A stretch of 64,000 bases of DNA from the NCBI GenBank assembly GCA_029856145.1, contig JAHQWK010000001.1, forward strand, positions 1 to 64,000, read 5' to 3'. The stretch comes from Promethearchaeia archaeon. Its GTDB lineage: Archaea > Asgardarchaeota > Lokiarchaeia > Sigyniarchaeales > SOKP01. Of this stretch, positions 7,189-18,023 are shown piece by piece. A model generated the notes under the pieces. It was not told the origin of the DNA and made no database searches. It saw only the letters and a list, made by a program, of their open reading frames with translations. A program made the translations under genes and the position numbers. Numbering within the stretch: position 1 is the first letter of the stretch; each line of letters begins with the position of its first letter.

Positions 7189-8499
7189 ATGGATATTTAT
7201 AACGCAGATTTACATATACATTCTCCGCATTCAATAGGAGTATCGAAATCATTGAATCTTGACACGATGATCGATACATGTAAAAAAAAGGGTTTAAACA
7301 TTTTAGGGACTGGAGATGTCTTACAACCAGAGTGGTTAAAATATTTAGAAGAAAAATTAGAGAAAGATAAAGATGGAGCCTATTATTATAAGGAAATTTA
7401 TTTTATCCTTCAAACTGAAATAGAAGATCAAGAAAGTGTACATGAAGTTGTCTTTTTCGAAGATTTCGATATGGTAAGAAATATTCAAAATAAACTCGAA
7501 CCTTACTCAAAAAATATTTTAAATGAATGGGGTGGGCGCCCAAGAGTTAATCTATCCCCCGCAGAATTAGCTGATGTTATCTCAGATGAGGGTGCTTTAA
7601 TTGGACCTGCTCATGCCTTCACACCTTTTAAAGCTATTTTTCGACAAAATAAATTTGAAACGCTTGAAGAATGTTATGGTGATGCTACAAAGAAAATTAA
7701 TTTCATTGAATTAGGGCTTTCTGCTAACACTGATCTTGCAGATAGATTAGAATGTTTAAAAGATATTGCTTTTCTGAGCAACAGCGATGCCCATTCACAA
7801 AATCCTCGTTCTTTAGGAAGAGAGTTCAATAAATTCGATATTGATAATCCCTCTTTTAATGAAATTTTGCAGGCAATTCAAAGGAAAAATGGAAGAAAAA
7901 TAGCTTTAAATGTAGGTTTAAATCCAAAACTAGGAAAATATTATGTAATGTTCTGTAATAAATGTAGAAGAAGGATAATATTTAAGAAAGTGAAAAAGCA
8001 AGTAAATACAATCTTTAATCAATATTCAATAACAGATAATTTTGTTATCTATTATACAAGTGATCCTAAATCCTCAAGGTTAGACTATTTAGAACAAGTT
8101 TCTAAAAATAAGATGAGCTGTCCAGCATGTAAAGAACAGTTAAATAAAAATTTTAAAGTTAAATTAGGAGTAAGTGAAAGAATTGAAAAAATTTCTACAT
8201 TTATAGAACCTAAACATCCAAATCATAGACCTCCATATGTCAATGCCGTACCATTGATTGAAATTATTCGAGCTGTAAAAGGTATTAAAAGTACAACTAG
8301 TAAAACAGTTTTAAATGAATACAATAGACTAATTCAAGAACTTGGGACTGAATATGAGATATTATTAGATCTTCCTATTACTAAAATTGAGGATTTTGAT
8401 AATAATATAGCCTTAGTTATAAATACCCTTAGAAATAATGAGGTGGAATATACTCCTGGAGGAGGAGGTACTTACGGGCATATAAATATTGATGTCTAA
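7189..8499 (+). CDS. Endonuclease Q family PHP protein with Zn ribbon (TIGR00375-like)
   Basis: ADLHIHS, GTGD, PAHAFTP, ELGLSA, SNSDAHS, LGRE, CNKC/CPAC, PGGGGTYG. Confidence 0.85.
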   Translation: MDIYNADLHIHSPHSIGVSKSLNLDTMIDTCKKKGLNILGTGDVLQPEWLKYLEEKLEKDKDGAYYYKEIYFILQTEIEDQESVHEVVFFEDFDMVRNIQNKLEPYSKNILNEWGGRPRVNLSPAELADVISDEGALIGPAHAFTPFKAIFRQNKFETLEECYGDATKKINFIELGLSANTDLADRLECLKDIAFLSNSDAHSQNPRSLGREFNKFDIDNPSFNEILQAIQRKNGRKIALNVGLNPKLGKYYVMFCNKCRRRIIFKKVKKQVNTIFNQYSITDNFVIYYTSDPKSSRLDYLEQVSKNKMSCPACKEQLNKNFKVKLGVSERIEKISTFIEPKHPNHRPPYVNAVPLIEIIRAVKGIKSTTSKTVLNEYNRLIQELGTEYEILLDLPITKIEDFDNNIALVINTLRNNEVEYTPGGGGTYGHINIDV

Positions 8500-8523
8500 C
8501 TTATTATAAATAAAAAACAAGAT

Positions 8524-8763
8524 TTATACATTAAACTCTAAATCTAATTTTAAAAGGTCTCCACACTTGTTACATGTAAGCCAATCAAAAATTTTAATAC
8601 AAGTGACTAATAGTTCCATTTGATTCCGAGGAAATTGATTTCTAAACTTCCTTTTGTAGCCGCAATTTGGACAGCTAATTATAGCTCTTACATGGATTAA
8701 ATCGCTGTGCTCTGAAGCACCTTCAGATTTACCGCTACTTTTTTTAGTATTATCAATTTCCAT
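8524..8763 (-). CDS. Small Zn-ribbon protein
   Basis: CPNC and CNKC pairs. Confidence 0.7.
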   Translation of the reverse strand: MEIDNTKKSSGKSEGASEHSDLIHVRAIISCPNCGYKRKFRNQFPRNQMELLVTCIKIFDWLTCNKCGDLLKLDLEFNV

Positions 8764-9014
8764 GTTTTATACCCCAAGCATGATATTTATGAAAATATAG
8801 GTTTATAAATTTATTCTCTATAATTTTTTGTCTTCTTTTTCAAACGAAAAAAAATGATCTTATCAGAAATAAGTGTATTATGGATTTAGGAAATAAATCT
8901 AAAGATCTGAGAGGAGATGACTCTGTCGTATTATCTTCATATTACTTTCATATATTATTCTGATATCGTTCTCGTATTATAAAGCATATAACTCATTTTT
9001 TGTGATGATGTCTA

Positions 9015-10166
9015 TTGAGTGATGATATTTTTGATTTAGTTGAATTGGCTAAAAAAAGATCCTCAGTAAGAGAAAGGTTTAATGAAATAGCGCAAAATAA
9101 CCAAAATCCTAATTCAAATCCCAGTTGCGATGATGACCAATTTTTAGCAGATCTATTAAAAGTTTTAAAAATTAAAACATTAGTAGTTGGTGTTGGTGGA
9201 GCCGGAAATAATACAGTTTCTCGCTTAGATGATATGGGTATCAATCATGCTGAAACTATAAATATTAATACTGATGCTCATGACCTATATTATTCAAGTT
9301 CAAAACTTAAAATATTAATTGGAAAAGAGCAATGTAATGGACTAGGATCAGGAAACGATCCTAAAATTGGAGCTAAAGCAGCAGAAGAAGATCGCGAAAG
9401 GTTAAATCAAACATTACGTGCAGATATTATTTTTTTAACATGTGGTTTAGGTGGTGGAACAGGTACTGGAGCCGCTCCTGTTATTGCTGAAGAAGCAAAA
9501 AAAAATAATGCTATAGTTGTTACTTTTTGCTCGCTTCCATTTAACTCTGAAGGTAAACAACGATCAGCAAGAGCTCAACTAGGTTTAAAAAACCTTGCTA
9601 AATATTCTGATTTTCTAATTCCAATTCCAAATGATAACTTGTTAGGAATTGTCGGAAAAATCCCTATGATAACAGGGTTTAAAATTATGGATGAAATTTT
9701 AATAAGAAATATAGGGGAAGTTGTGAATTTAATCAATAATTGTGGTTTAGTCAACATTGATTTTGCAGATGTGAAAAAGACCTTGTTGGAAAACCCAAAT
9801 GGAAAATACCCTTCTGGATTAGTGGGAATAGCCGAATGTTTAGGCGAAGAATCAGATTTAATTGAAAAAGCAAAGTTAGCTCTAAATAATCCTCTTTTAA
9901 AGCCAGATCCTAGCCAAGTGAATAGATGTTTGGTATCTGTTACTGGTGATCATACCTTAACATTATCTAAAGTTGATAAAGTTGTATCAACCATATCAAA
10001 TATGATCCCCGAGGAAGCTCAATTAAAATTTGGTGTCCAAAACAAGCCTGATATGGGGTCGAAAATAAAAATAATGGTCTTGGCAAATGGGCCGGTATCA
10101 CCATATGTACGAGCTGCCGTGGATTCAGATATTCATTTCACACCAACAAGTATAGTAGGGTTTTAA
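9015..10166 (+). CDS. ftsZ: Cell division protein FtsZ
   Basis: GVGGAGNN, NTD, GGGTGTG signature, T7 loop GLVNIDFAD. Confidence 0.95.
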   Translation: MSDDIFDLVELAKKRSSVRERFNEIAQNNQNPNSNPSCDDDQFLADLLKVLKIKTLVVGVGGAGNNTVSRLDDMGINHAETININTDAHDLYYSSSKLKILIGKEQCNGLGSGNDPKIGAKAAEEDRERLNQTLRADIIFLTCGLGGGTGTGAAPVIAEEAKKNNAIVVTFCSLPFNSEGKQRSARAQLGLKNLAKYSDFLIPIPNDNLLGIVGKIPMITGFKIMDEILIRNIGEVVNLINNCGLVNIDFADVKKTLLENPNGKYPSGLVGIAECLGEESDLIEKAKLALNNPLLKPDPSQVNRCLVSVTGDHTLTLSKVDKVVSTISNMIPEEAQLKFGVQNKPDMGSKIKIMVLANGPVSPYVRAAVDSDIHFTPTSIVGF

Positions 10167-10252
10167 AAAAAAAATGAACTATTCTTCCACCAATCCTTAA
10201 AGATTTATCTAATTTTATTCATTTTCAATTACAATTACAATTAAATATATAA

Positions 10253-10711
10253 GTGATTTTAAGAATGAGTAAGCAAAAAATGTCTGAGGAAGATCTTAAA
10301 AAAGAAATCCGTAATTTTTTAGATAAAAGGAAGGTATTAGTTCTCTGTACTTGTGGTAATAACATTCCTCGTGCAACTCCAATGGATTTTTATACAGAGA
10401 AAGATAGTTTTAATATCTATGTAGGGCCCGCTCCAGGAAGAAAAATAAAAAATATGGAAGAAAATCCAAATATTAGCATTGGGATATATACACCAATGTC
10501 AGAGGGTAAAATACAAGGAATGCAAATAACAACTTCAGGTAAAGATAGATTGGTATTTTTAAAAGAAGGAGATGAAGAATTCAAAAAAGCTCAAAAAATT
10601 GTACGAGGAAAGAGAAAATTGATTTTAAAGATAATACCTGAAAAAATTGAACTTCTTGATTATGATTTTATAAAAAACGGCTATTCAAGACTTCAGGTTT
10701 TAGAATTATGA
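10253..10711 (+). CDS. Pyridoxamine 5'-phosphate oxidase-like FMN-binding protein (likely start ATG 10265)
   Basis: LVLCT...PRATPM...KIKNMEENPNISI. Confidence 0.75.
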   Translation: MILRMSKQKMSEEDLKKEIRNFLDKRKVLVLCTCGNNIPRATPMDFYTEKDSFNIYVGPAPGRKIKNMEENPNISIGIYTPMSEGKIQGMQITTSGKDRLVFLKEGDEEFKKAQKIVRGKRKLILKIIPEKIELLDYDFIKNGYSRLQVLEL

Positions 10712-10732
10712 AAAAAAATGATTTTAAATCTC

Positions 10733-12028
10733 TTAACTTAAAATTAAAGTGTAAATCATTGTATATCCCAATATAATGAAGAAGTGAATCATTGCGAAAA
10801 ATGCACCATTTTTTAGTAGCCGCTTGTAATCCAAATTCGCCACTTTGTATTTTTTAGCCAATGACAGGGTGAGAAGATCACATGCAGAACCTTGCGGTAA
10901 AAAATTACCTGCCATATTAACACCGCTTATGAAAGCAATGATGATCGGGTTAGGAAAGAAACCTTCTCCTATGAAAGCCGAAATAATCGGGAGAAGGATG
11001 ATGGTAACGGGTGTACCCGCAAGAAATGCGGATAAGAAAGAAGACAGGCTTAATGTTAACAACACGGCGAAATAAATGTTGTAATTTAATAAGTTTACCA
11101 AACCTGTGGAGATCAACTCTGAAAAGCCGAAATATGATAAAGAATTCGAAAGAATGAATAAAATTGCAAATAGAATGATGATTCTCCACTCGATATCGTT
11201 TATAAGATCTGAGAATTTAGTTTTCTTAGAGTGAATAAGAAGAAAAATTGCTGCAGATATGATCGCGACAAGGGCAGGTTCGAATCCTAATAACATGAAC
11301 GCGAAAGTGGTTAGAATAATGATAATTGTTACTAAAAAGTACTTTTTATTCTCGATCACAATTCCCGGGTCGAGCATTGATAATAGTATCTTCTTGTTTT
11401 TTTCAGTTGGTTTTTCTTCTTTTTTCAATATGAACCGATCCATCAAGAAAATGGTGGATATAAACGTGATTATAAACAAAATACCCATATTGGCAAGATA
11501 CTGACCAAAACCCCACCCAAATTCCTGGCCGATTATCAAATTTTTTAAGCTCGAGATAGGCGTGAGTATTGCACCAATGTTTATAGTTATGGTCATCCCC
11601 ATCATGTAGGTGCCAGCAGGTATCTCTAAAACTCGGCATGTCCTGTAGATCAATGGAATCAATATCAATGAGAGGGTTAAATCCTCGATAAAGGCAACCA
11701 TAATACCTGTAAACATGCAAATCATATAAAAAAATAAACGGTTATTCCCTTTCGTTATATGAATCGATTTGATCGCGATATATTCTAAAACCCGGTTATC
11801 AGTTGCAAAATAAATGATTATCTGCATGGCAAATATGAAGATTAATGTGTTAAAATTGATAAATCCAAGAATTTCTTCCTTTCCAACATTAGTAAGTGTG
11901 AGCATTGAAACTACTACGATGGCTCCTATGATTAGTGCAATAGGAAAATAATCGAACTTAGATTGAGAAAAAAAAGCCATCAATATGGCAAATAAAACCA
12001 ATATCAACAATATTGCGGGTAAGTTCAT
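10733..12028 (-). CDS. SLC13/ArsB/NhaD-family (ion transporter superfamily) permease
   Basis: Multi-TM; NIGAILTPISSLKNLII and GVNMAGNFLPQGSA motifs; paralog of 54378..55733. Confidence 0.8.
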   Translation of the reverse strand: MNLPAILLILVLFAILMAFFSQSKFDYFPIALIIGAIVVVSMLTLTNVGKEEILGFINFNTLIFIFAMQIIIYFATDNRVLEYIAIKSIHITKGNNRLFFYMICMFTGIMVAFIEDLTLSLILIPLIYRTCRVLEIPAGTYMMGMTITINIGAILTPISSLKNLIIGQEFGWGFGQYLANMGILFIITFISTIFLMDRFILKKEEKPTEKNKKILLSMLDPGIVIENKKYFLVTIIIILTTFAFMLLGFEPALVAIISAAIFLLIHSKKTKFSDLINDIEWRIIILFAILFILSNSLSYFGFSELISTGLVNLLNYNIYFAVLLTLSLSSFLSAFLAGTPVTIILLPIISAFIGEGFFPNPIIIAFISGVNMAGNFLPQGSACDLLTLSLAKKYKVANLDYKRLLKNGAFFAMIHFFIILGYTMIYTLILS

Positions 12029-12187
12029 TCAATAAAAAGAAATGGTTTTTATTTTAAAAAGTATCCTTAGTATTACTTTAATAAGATAATATTCCTCTTG
12101 ACCATTGAACAAAACGCAAATTAGTGTTCACTGTTAACATTCTAGACTTCAGTTTTAGAATTATATAAAAAAATAAAATTATTAATT

Positions 12188-12490
12188 TTAAAGGAGAAGT
12201 TTAATTGCTTCTTCAGCATCCATTAATGTTTCAGCATAGTATCTATAACCCTCTACTGAAGCGTATAAAATATATCTTTTACCAAGTGCTTTCAGCGTTT
12301 CCATTATTTTATCATCCGGACATTCGTACACGGCATATGTTTTATAATGACCATCTGAAGACACTGTTGTCCAATGATGTACTTTTTTTACGAAATCGGG
12401 GTATGCTGGTTTATCTTTTGACATATATACTTTCAGTAATTCTTTAGCCTTATTTGGCGGGTACCAACCTGTAACTAACATATGAGCCAT
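12188..12490 (-). CDS. Small hypothetical alpha/beta protein
   Basis: Clean ORF with GAGGT SD; no diagnostic motif. Confidence 0.65.
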   Translation of the reverse strand: MAHMLVTGWYPPNKAKELLKVYMSKDKPAYPDFVKKVHHWTTVSSDGHYKTYAVYECPDDKIMETLKALGKRYILYASVEGYRYYAETLMDAEEAIKLLL

Positions 12491-12749
12491 TTGATTTCTA
12501 CCTCATTTTATATTTCAAAATTAGACTTTATTGTAAGTAAAAATTAATTCTATTGTTTAAAAGCTTTACCTACAAACTGCTACTGAAAAAACTACTATAA
12601 ATTACACAATACCTAAATAAGAAAATGAGTAATAAAATTGTTAAGAAAAAATAAGTCCTAAATGGAATTTAGATATATAATTCTAATTCTTTTAATTATA
12701 TCATAAATTGTGTAAATCTTCATATTTTAGATAAAAAAGTATTCTAAGA

Positions 12750-13262
12750 TTATTGTTCTTTACTAAGACGTTTTAGCTCATATTTTTTTAATTTTGCTAG
12801 ACCTTTATTTGTGAGCTTTATTTTTCTCTTTGTACTCTTACCATCAGTATTCTGATTTTCCTCTAACCACTTTTCTTTTTTCTCAATTAAGATTGGACGA
12901 AATCTTGCGACGAATTCTTGTTTTCGTTTTTTAAAATCTTCTGTAGATTCGCCCTCTTTAAATCTATAAAACTCGTAAGTGAAACCCTTTACATTAATAA
13001 CCGTTCTTCTAGTTATTTTTATTATTGAATCAACATCATCCCATAGGGTATAATCAGAAATTATTGGATTTCCCTTGGTATAAATATCAGGATATACATG
13101 TGCTATGCCATTATTTGATATTAATATGTGTGAAACCCAATTATAAGTCTTATTTCCATAAATTATATTTCCTTTACATAAAGTACTATATACTATTTCA
13201 TCTCCCTCTGGAATAGTCGACTTAAGGTTTGAATATTCAATAGGTACTAAAAAATCTGAAAT
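12750..13262 (-). CDS. Unannotated 170-aa protein with probable ATT start ((M)SDFLVPIEYSNLKSTIPEGDEIVYSTLCKG...KYELKRLSKEQ)
   Basis: 513-nt stop-free frame with no ATG/GTG/TTG; GAGGAG SD at 13276-13271; in-frame TAA at 13280. Confidence 0.7.
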   Translation of the reverse strand: MSDFLVPIEYSNLKSTIPEGDEIVYSTLCKGNIIYGNKTYNWVSHILISNNGIAHVYPDIYTKGNPIISDYTLWDDVDSIIKITRRTVINVKGFTYEFYRFKEGESTEDFKKRKQEFVARFRPILIEKKEKWLEENQNTDGKSTKRKIKLTNKGLAKLKKYELKRLSKEQ

Positions 13263-13615
13263 GATATGATCTCCTCTTTAATTTAATTTTGTTTTTATCT
13301 TTTTTGTAAGTTAAACCATTTCTAGTAAGTAATTATCTAAAATTAGATAAGTATATAAATTTATTTTTATTGGTATGAACGTCTAGAAATTGATCCTCTT
13401 TAGTGTGAGAAAGATCTAGAAGATTAAATTTTATTATTAGATAATATATTCTTTTAGTCTTTAATCTCTCACTGGATTATAATAACTAATTATATAATTC
13501 TTAATTCAGAAAATGTATAATAAAATTGTTAAGAAATGATATATTAAATGAAATTATTATAGGAGAATCATAATTCTTTTATTTATTATTTAAAATAGTT
13601 TTAGATTGTCATAAT

Positions 13616-16591
13616 TTGATAAAAGTGCTCTCAGATAAAGAACAGTTAGAACTTAAGGATGCTCACACAGATAAAGAGTTAAAGCAAGTTTTTAAAATAA
13701 TTGCCTCAAAAAATCCGGAATCTTACTTTCCTACTAAGGAACTTAAAGGATTGGGGTATATAAGAAAAAAATGCGAATGCTGCGGCACATTTTTCTGGAC
13801 TACACTTAAAGATAGGGAGGTATGTGGAGATCCTGCATGTTCAGGAGGTTTTCAAGTTGTAGTTGATAACCCTTCTAAAATAAAATTATCTTTTATTGGT
13901 GTTTGGGAAAAAATCGTTGAGATTCTAGAACCTCGAGGTTATGTTCCAATTAAAAGATATCCCTGTGTAGCTCGATGGAACCCAACATCAGAGTTTACAA
14001 TTGCCTCTATATCAGCATTTCAGCCTTATGTAATAACTGGAGAAGTAGAACCACCAGCTAAAAAGCTTGTAATCCCTCAATTTTGTTTAAGATTTAACGA
14101 TATTGAGAACGTTGGTGTTACTGGAAGCCATTGTACTGGGTTTGTAATGATAGGTCAACATGCTTTTGTATCTCCAGAAGAATGGGATCAAGATCAACTT
14201 TTCATGGATATACATGATTTTATTCATAAAGGAGTAGGACTTCCTTTAGAAGAAATCACAATTCATGAAGATTCATGGGCAGGTGGTGGTTCTTTTGGCT
14301 GTAGTCTCGAATTTTTCAGCAGGGGTGTAGAAATGTTCAATCAAGTATATACAATGTTTGAACAGACTCTTGAAGGCCCAAAGGAACTAAAACTAAAAGT
14401 TCTTGATATGGGACTTGGTCAAGACCGTGTTGCATGGTTTTCTCAAGGTACACCTAACATTTATGAAGCGATTTTTCCATATGTTTTATCAAAATTAAGG
14501 GATATTACGAAAATCGAATTAGAATTAGAGTTATATGATCAATTTTCTCAATATTCAGCTTATTTAAATATCGATGAAGTAGATGATATGGATGAAGCTT
14601 GGCAGCGAGTTGCTAAAGAATTGAATATTAGTGTAAAGGAACTCAGAAATAAAATAATGCCTATGACTGCTCTTTACTCTATCGCTGAACACGCGCGTAG
14701 CTTATTATTTGCTATTAATGATGGAAAGTTACCTTCTAATGTTGGTGGAGGGTATAATTTGAGAGTTATTTTCAGACGTGCTATAAGTTTTATCGATAAA
14801 TTCAAGTGGGATATTGATATGGCTAATGTATGTGTCTGGCATGCTAAAGAATTAAAAGGTATATTTCCAGAAGTATCTGAACATTTGGATGAAATTAGAG
14901 AAATACTGGATGTCGAGAGAGAGAAATTTTATGCTACTAAGAAAAAAGCGGGAAAAATTTTAGAAAAAATGCTGAAAAAGGGGGAAGTTTCTACTAAAAA
15001 ACTTATAGAGTTATATGATTCTAACGGAATAAGTCCTGATATGGTAAAATCAACAGCTAAAAAATATGGGATGAAAGTAAACATTCCAGATGATTTTTAT
15101 AAATTAGTAGTTGAAAGACATGAAATAACTGAGCAAGATCATGCCACAAGAAAAGAAGTCGAATTAGATTTAGAAGTAATCCCTGAAACAAAATCTCTCT
15201 ACTATTATGACTATACCGATACTTCTAATGAAGCGAAAGTTTTGAAAATCATTGATAAAATGGTTGTTTTGGATAAAACAGTTACATATCCTACTTCTGG
15301 AGGTCAACTTCATGATGTAGGAACGATAAATGGGCAAAACTTCTCTGATGCTTTTAAACAAGGTAATTATACCGTTCATGTTATGGATGATAAACCTAAT
15401 TTTACGGAGGGAGACACCGTTAAAGTAGAAGTTGATAAAGATTGGCGTATTCAACTCTCCCAACATCACACAGCTACTCACATCGTAAACGCAGCAGCAC
15501 GAGACGTTTTAGGAAGCCATGTGAATCAAGCAGGAGCTAAAAAAACATTAAAAAACTCTCACTTAGATATAACTCATTATGAACAAATTCCAAGAGATAA
15601 ACTTCTTGAAATTGAAAAGAAAGCAAATCAAATAGTTGTTGAAGGCATAGATATTCATCTAGACTTCATACCTCGTGCTGAAGCAGAACAACAATATGGT
15701 ATGACAATATATCAAGGAGGAGCTGTGCCTGGGAAAAATTTAAGAATTGTTGAGATACCTGGGGTAGATGTAGAAGCTTGTGGGGGCACACATTTAAATA
15801 ATACTTCAGAAACAGGTTACATCCATATTACAAAATCACAAAAAATTCAAGATGGTATTGTAAGACTTACATTCACCGCTGGTAAGGCTACAAACAAGTT
15901 AAAAGAAAAACATAAAAGAATTCTTGATGAATTAAAGGTTATTTTGAATGTTGATCGTAAGCAACTCGTGGACCGTGTAAAAGAATTATTTGAAAAGTGG
16001 AAAAACATAAATAAAGCATTAAAATCTGGTAAAGTAGATGAAAATGATTTACAATTAACTTCCTCTGAAACATTTGAAGGTGACGTACTATCAGAAATTT
16101 CTCAATTTTTAAATACCAAGAAAGATGATGTTCCAAATAAAATTCAAAAGCTTAACGATGAATGGAAAGAGGGAAAACAAAAATTATCTGAAATCAAGAA
16201 TTTGTTTAGCGATAAAGCGATTGAAAAAAGGATAAAAAATGCTTGGATTTATCATAGTATTAAATTAATTTTTGAATCTATAGAAGGGTTAACTCAAAAT
16301 GATGTAAAAAATTTAAGTCAAAATATCCTAAAGAAAGATCCAAATATTATCATATTTATAACAAATCAAAGTGAAAAAGGCATAATGCTTATGGGTATGT
16401 CAGGTAGTAAATTACCATTAGAGTTAGATATTAATATTGGTAATATTGTCTCAACAGTAGTTGAACATTATAGCGGAAAGGGAGGCGGTAAATACGATTT
16501 TGGGCAAGGATTCATAACTAAAAAAGGAGTAAATTCTACAGATGTTTTGAATCATATAAAAGATAAATATTTTAAAGTCAAAAAAAAATAA
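13616..16591 (+). CDS. alaS: Alanine--tRNA ligase (archaeal type)
   Basis: N-terminal CxxC/CGDPAC Zn motif, DMGLG, PSNVGGGYNLR, editing HTATH and CGGTH, C-terminal GKGGG. Confidence 0.95.
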   Translation: MIKVLSDKEQLELKDAHTDKELKQVFKIIASKNPESYFPTKELKGLGYIRKKCECCGTFFWTTLKDREVCGDPACSGGFQVVVDNPSKIKLSFIGVWEKIVEILEPRGYVPIKRYPCVARWNPTSEFTIASISAFQPYVITGEVEPPAKKLVIPQFCLRFNDIENVGVTGSHCTGFVMIGQHAFVSPEEWDQDQLFMDIHDFIHKGVGLPLEEITIHEDSWAGGGSFGCSLEFFSRGVEMFNQVYTMFEQTLEGPKELKLKVLDMGLGQDRVAWFSQGTPNIYEAIFPYVLSKLRDITKIELELELYDQFSQYSAYLNIDEVDDMDEAWQRVAKELNISVKELRNKIMPMTALYSIAEHARSLLFAINDGKLPSNVGGGYNLRVIFRRAISFIDKFKWDIDMANVCVWHAKELKGIFPEVSEHLDEIREILDVEREKFYATKKKAGKILEKMLKKGEVSTKKLIELYDSNGISPDMVKSTAKKYGMKVNIPDDFYKLVVERHEITEQDHATRKEVELDLEVIPETKSLYYYDYTDTSNEAKVLKIIDKMVVLDKTVTYPTSGGQLHDVGTINGQNFSDAFKQGNYTVHVMDDKPNFTEGDTVKVEVDKDWRIQLSQHHTATHIVNAAARDVLGSHVNQAGAKKTLKNSHLDITHYEQIPRDKLLEIEKKANQIVVEGIDIHLDFIPRAEAEQQYGMTIYQGGAVPGKNLRIVEIPGVDVEACGGTHLNNTSETGYIHITKSQKIQDGIVRLTFTAGKATNKLKEKHKRILDELKVILNVDRKQLVDRVKELFEKWKNINKALKSGKVDENDLQLTSSETFEGDVLSEISQFLNTKKDDVPNKIQKLNDEWKEGKQKLSEIKNLFSDKAIEKRIKNAWIYHSIKLIFESIEGLTQNDVKNLSQNILKKDPNIIIFITNQSEKGIMLMGMSGSKLPLELDINIGNIVSTVVEHYSGKGGGKYDFGQGFITKKGVNSTDVLNHIKDKYFKVKKK

Positions 16592-16852
16592 ATAACAATC
16601 CTTTTTTGAACAATTCATTTTTTCTATATAGACTATATAGACTTTATATAATATGACGAGAATGCTTAAAACACTAAATTTTTTAATAATAATTAAGGAA
16701 GTAAAGAAAAACTATATATTAAAAATGTTTAATCAGATGTCATGGACCTTATTGGGTCAAAAGGAAGATTATATTAAATTAAAAAAAGAGGTATAGTGCA
16801 AATACCTCTCGAGAAATCAATTAAAATTACAAATTTGGAGGAGAAGAAAATT

Positions 16853-17035
16853 ATGAAGACTGTATATAAAGAGTTTTGTTGCACACAATGTGGAAAATTA
16901 CGCTATATTAACGTTAATGGTATCTGTTTTGATTGTAGTAATGAAAACACTTTAGTATCATTAGCAAAACAGCGTAAATTACAGTCAAAACTCAATATTT
17001 CAATGGAATCTCTCAGTCTAGAGAGTTATAACTAA
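16853..17035 (+). CDS. Small Zn-finger protein (MKTVYKEFCCTQCG...CFDC)
   Basis: CxxC pairs; GGAGGAG SD before ATG 16853. Confidence 0.65.
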   Translation: MKTVYKEFCCTQCGKLRYINVNGICFDCSNENTLVSLAKQRKLQSKLNISMESLSLESYN

Positions 17036-17197
17036 ATCTTTTTTTGAATTGTATTTTATTTAAAATTTTAAAGATTGTACTTTTTCTTTATGCTTTTTTT
17101 ATCAAAAACATTTTAAATTTAACACTTATTATTAAATTTATATTTAATAGAAAATCTCTTCTAATTTATAAGTATAATTTGAGAGGGTGCTTAATAA

Positions 17198-18019
17198 TTG
17201 GTTGAATTAATACATATCAGTGACCTCCATTACGGAAGTGAATTCCGAGAGGACCTTATTGAAAATATTATTAGTTATATTGATAAGACTCGCCCCGATG
17301 CAGTAATTTGTACAGGAGATATTGTACATAAAGGAAGGGTTGTTCAATTTAAGAAGTTTCAACCTTATCTTGATCGAATAAGAGAAATCTCTAACTTTAT
17401 AGCAGTACCAGGGAACCATGACGTGAAAAACTCAGGTATAATATTCTTTGAGAAAATTATTGGCCCTAGACGCTCACGATTACTTCTTGAGGATAAGGAT
17501 ACTATTATTGTTGGAGTATGTTCCGCTAGAGATGATATGGCAGAAGGAAGGATTGGGGATGAGCAATTGGATTGGTTAGGTCGCCAATTTAATAAGAATT
17601 TAGAAAATAGAATAATGGCATTACATCACCATCTAATCCCTATTCCAATGTCAGGACAAAAATTCACAACAGTTCGGGATGCTGGAGAAATTTTAGAATT
17701 CACCCAATTATTTGAAATAGATTTAGTTTTAATGGGGCATCGTCACGTTCCTCATGCTTATACAATTTCTTGGAAGAATTCATCAAGTACAACTTTTCTT
17801 TATAGTGGTACTTCGACTTCAAACAAAGTACGTGCTGATGATTCACCCAGTTTTAATCGTATTTATCTTGATGAGGGCGATTTAGAGGTTTATATAGTCA
17901 ATTCAACAAATCTTGAGGAGACATTATTATTGGAACGTAAAGAACATCATACAGAATTTATTAGGCCAAGGAAAACAAGAATTGAACATCTGCTTGCATC
18001 ATCAGTATGGGATGAATAA
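17198..18019 (+). CDS. Calcineurin-like metallophosphoesterase (Icc/CpdA-like)
   Basis: SDLH, TGD, PGNHD, LHHH, GHRH motifs. Confidence 0.9.
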   Translation: MVELIHISDLHYGSEFREDLIENIISYIDKTRPDAVICTGDIVHKGRVVQFKKFQPYLDRIREISNFIAVPGNHDVKNSGIIFFEKIIGPRRSRLLLEDKDTIIVGVCSARDDMAEGRIGDEQLDWLGRQFNKNLENRIMALHHHLIPIPMSGQKFTTVRDAGEILEFTQLFEIDLVLMGHRHVPHAYTISWKNSSSTTFLYSGTSTSNKVRADDSPSFNRIYLDEGDLEVYIVNSTNLEETLLLERKEHHTEFIRPRKTRIEHLLASSVWDE

Positions 18020-18023
18020 GACT

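Noticed and set aside
8880-8963. Short ORF or structured leader upstream of ftsZ (GGAGATGA reminiscent of a fluoride riboswitch)
   Set aside because: The required pairing and downstream consensus are absent; the 27-codon ORF has no support.
13025-13216. Plus-strand 63-aa ORF and the other short antisense ORFs in the track
   Set aside because: They overlap better-supported genes on the opposite strand and have no motifs.
16745-16758. Small hairpin GACC-N6-GGTC upstream of the Zn-finger gene
   Set aside because: Too short to support an ncRNA or riboswitch call.
17913-18023. N-terminal extension of the NUDIX ORF
   Set aside because: It overlaps the phosphoesterase gene; the true start is most likely ATG 18024.
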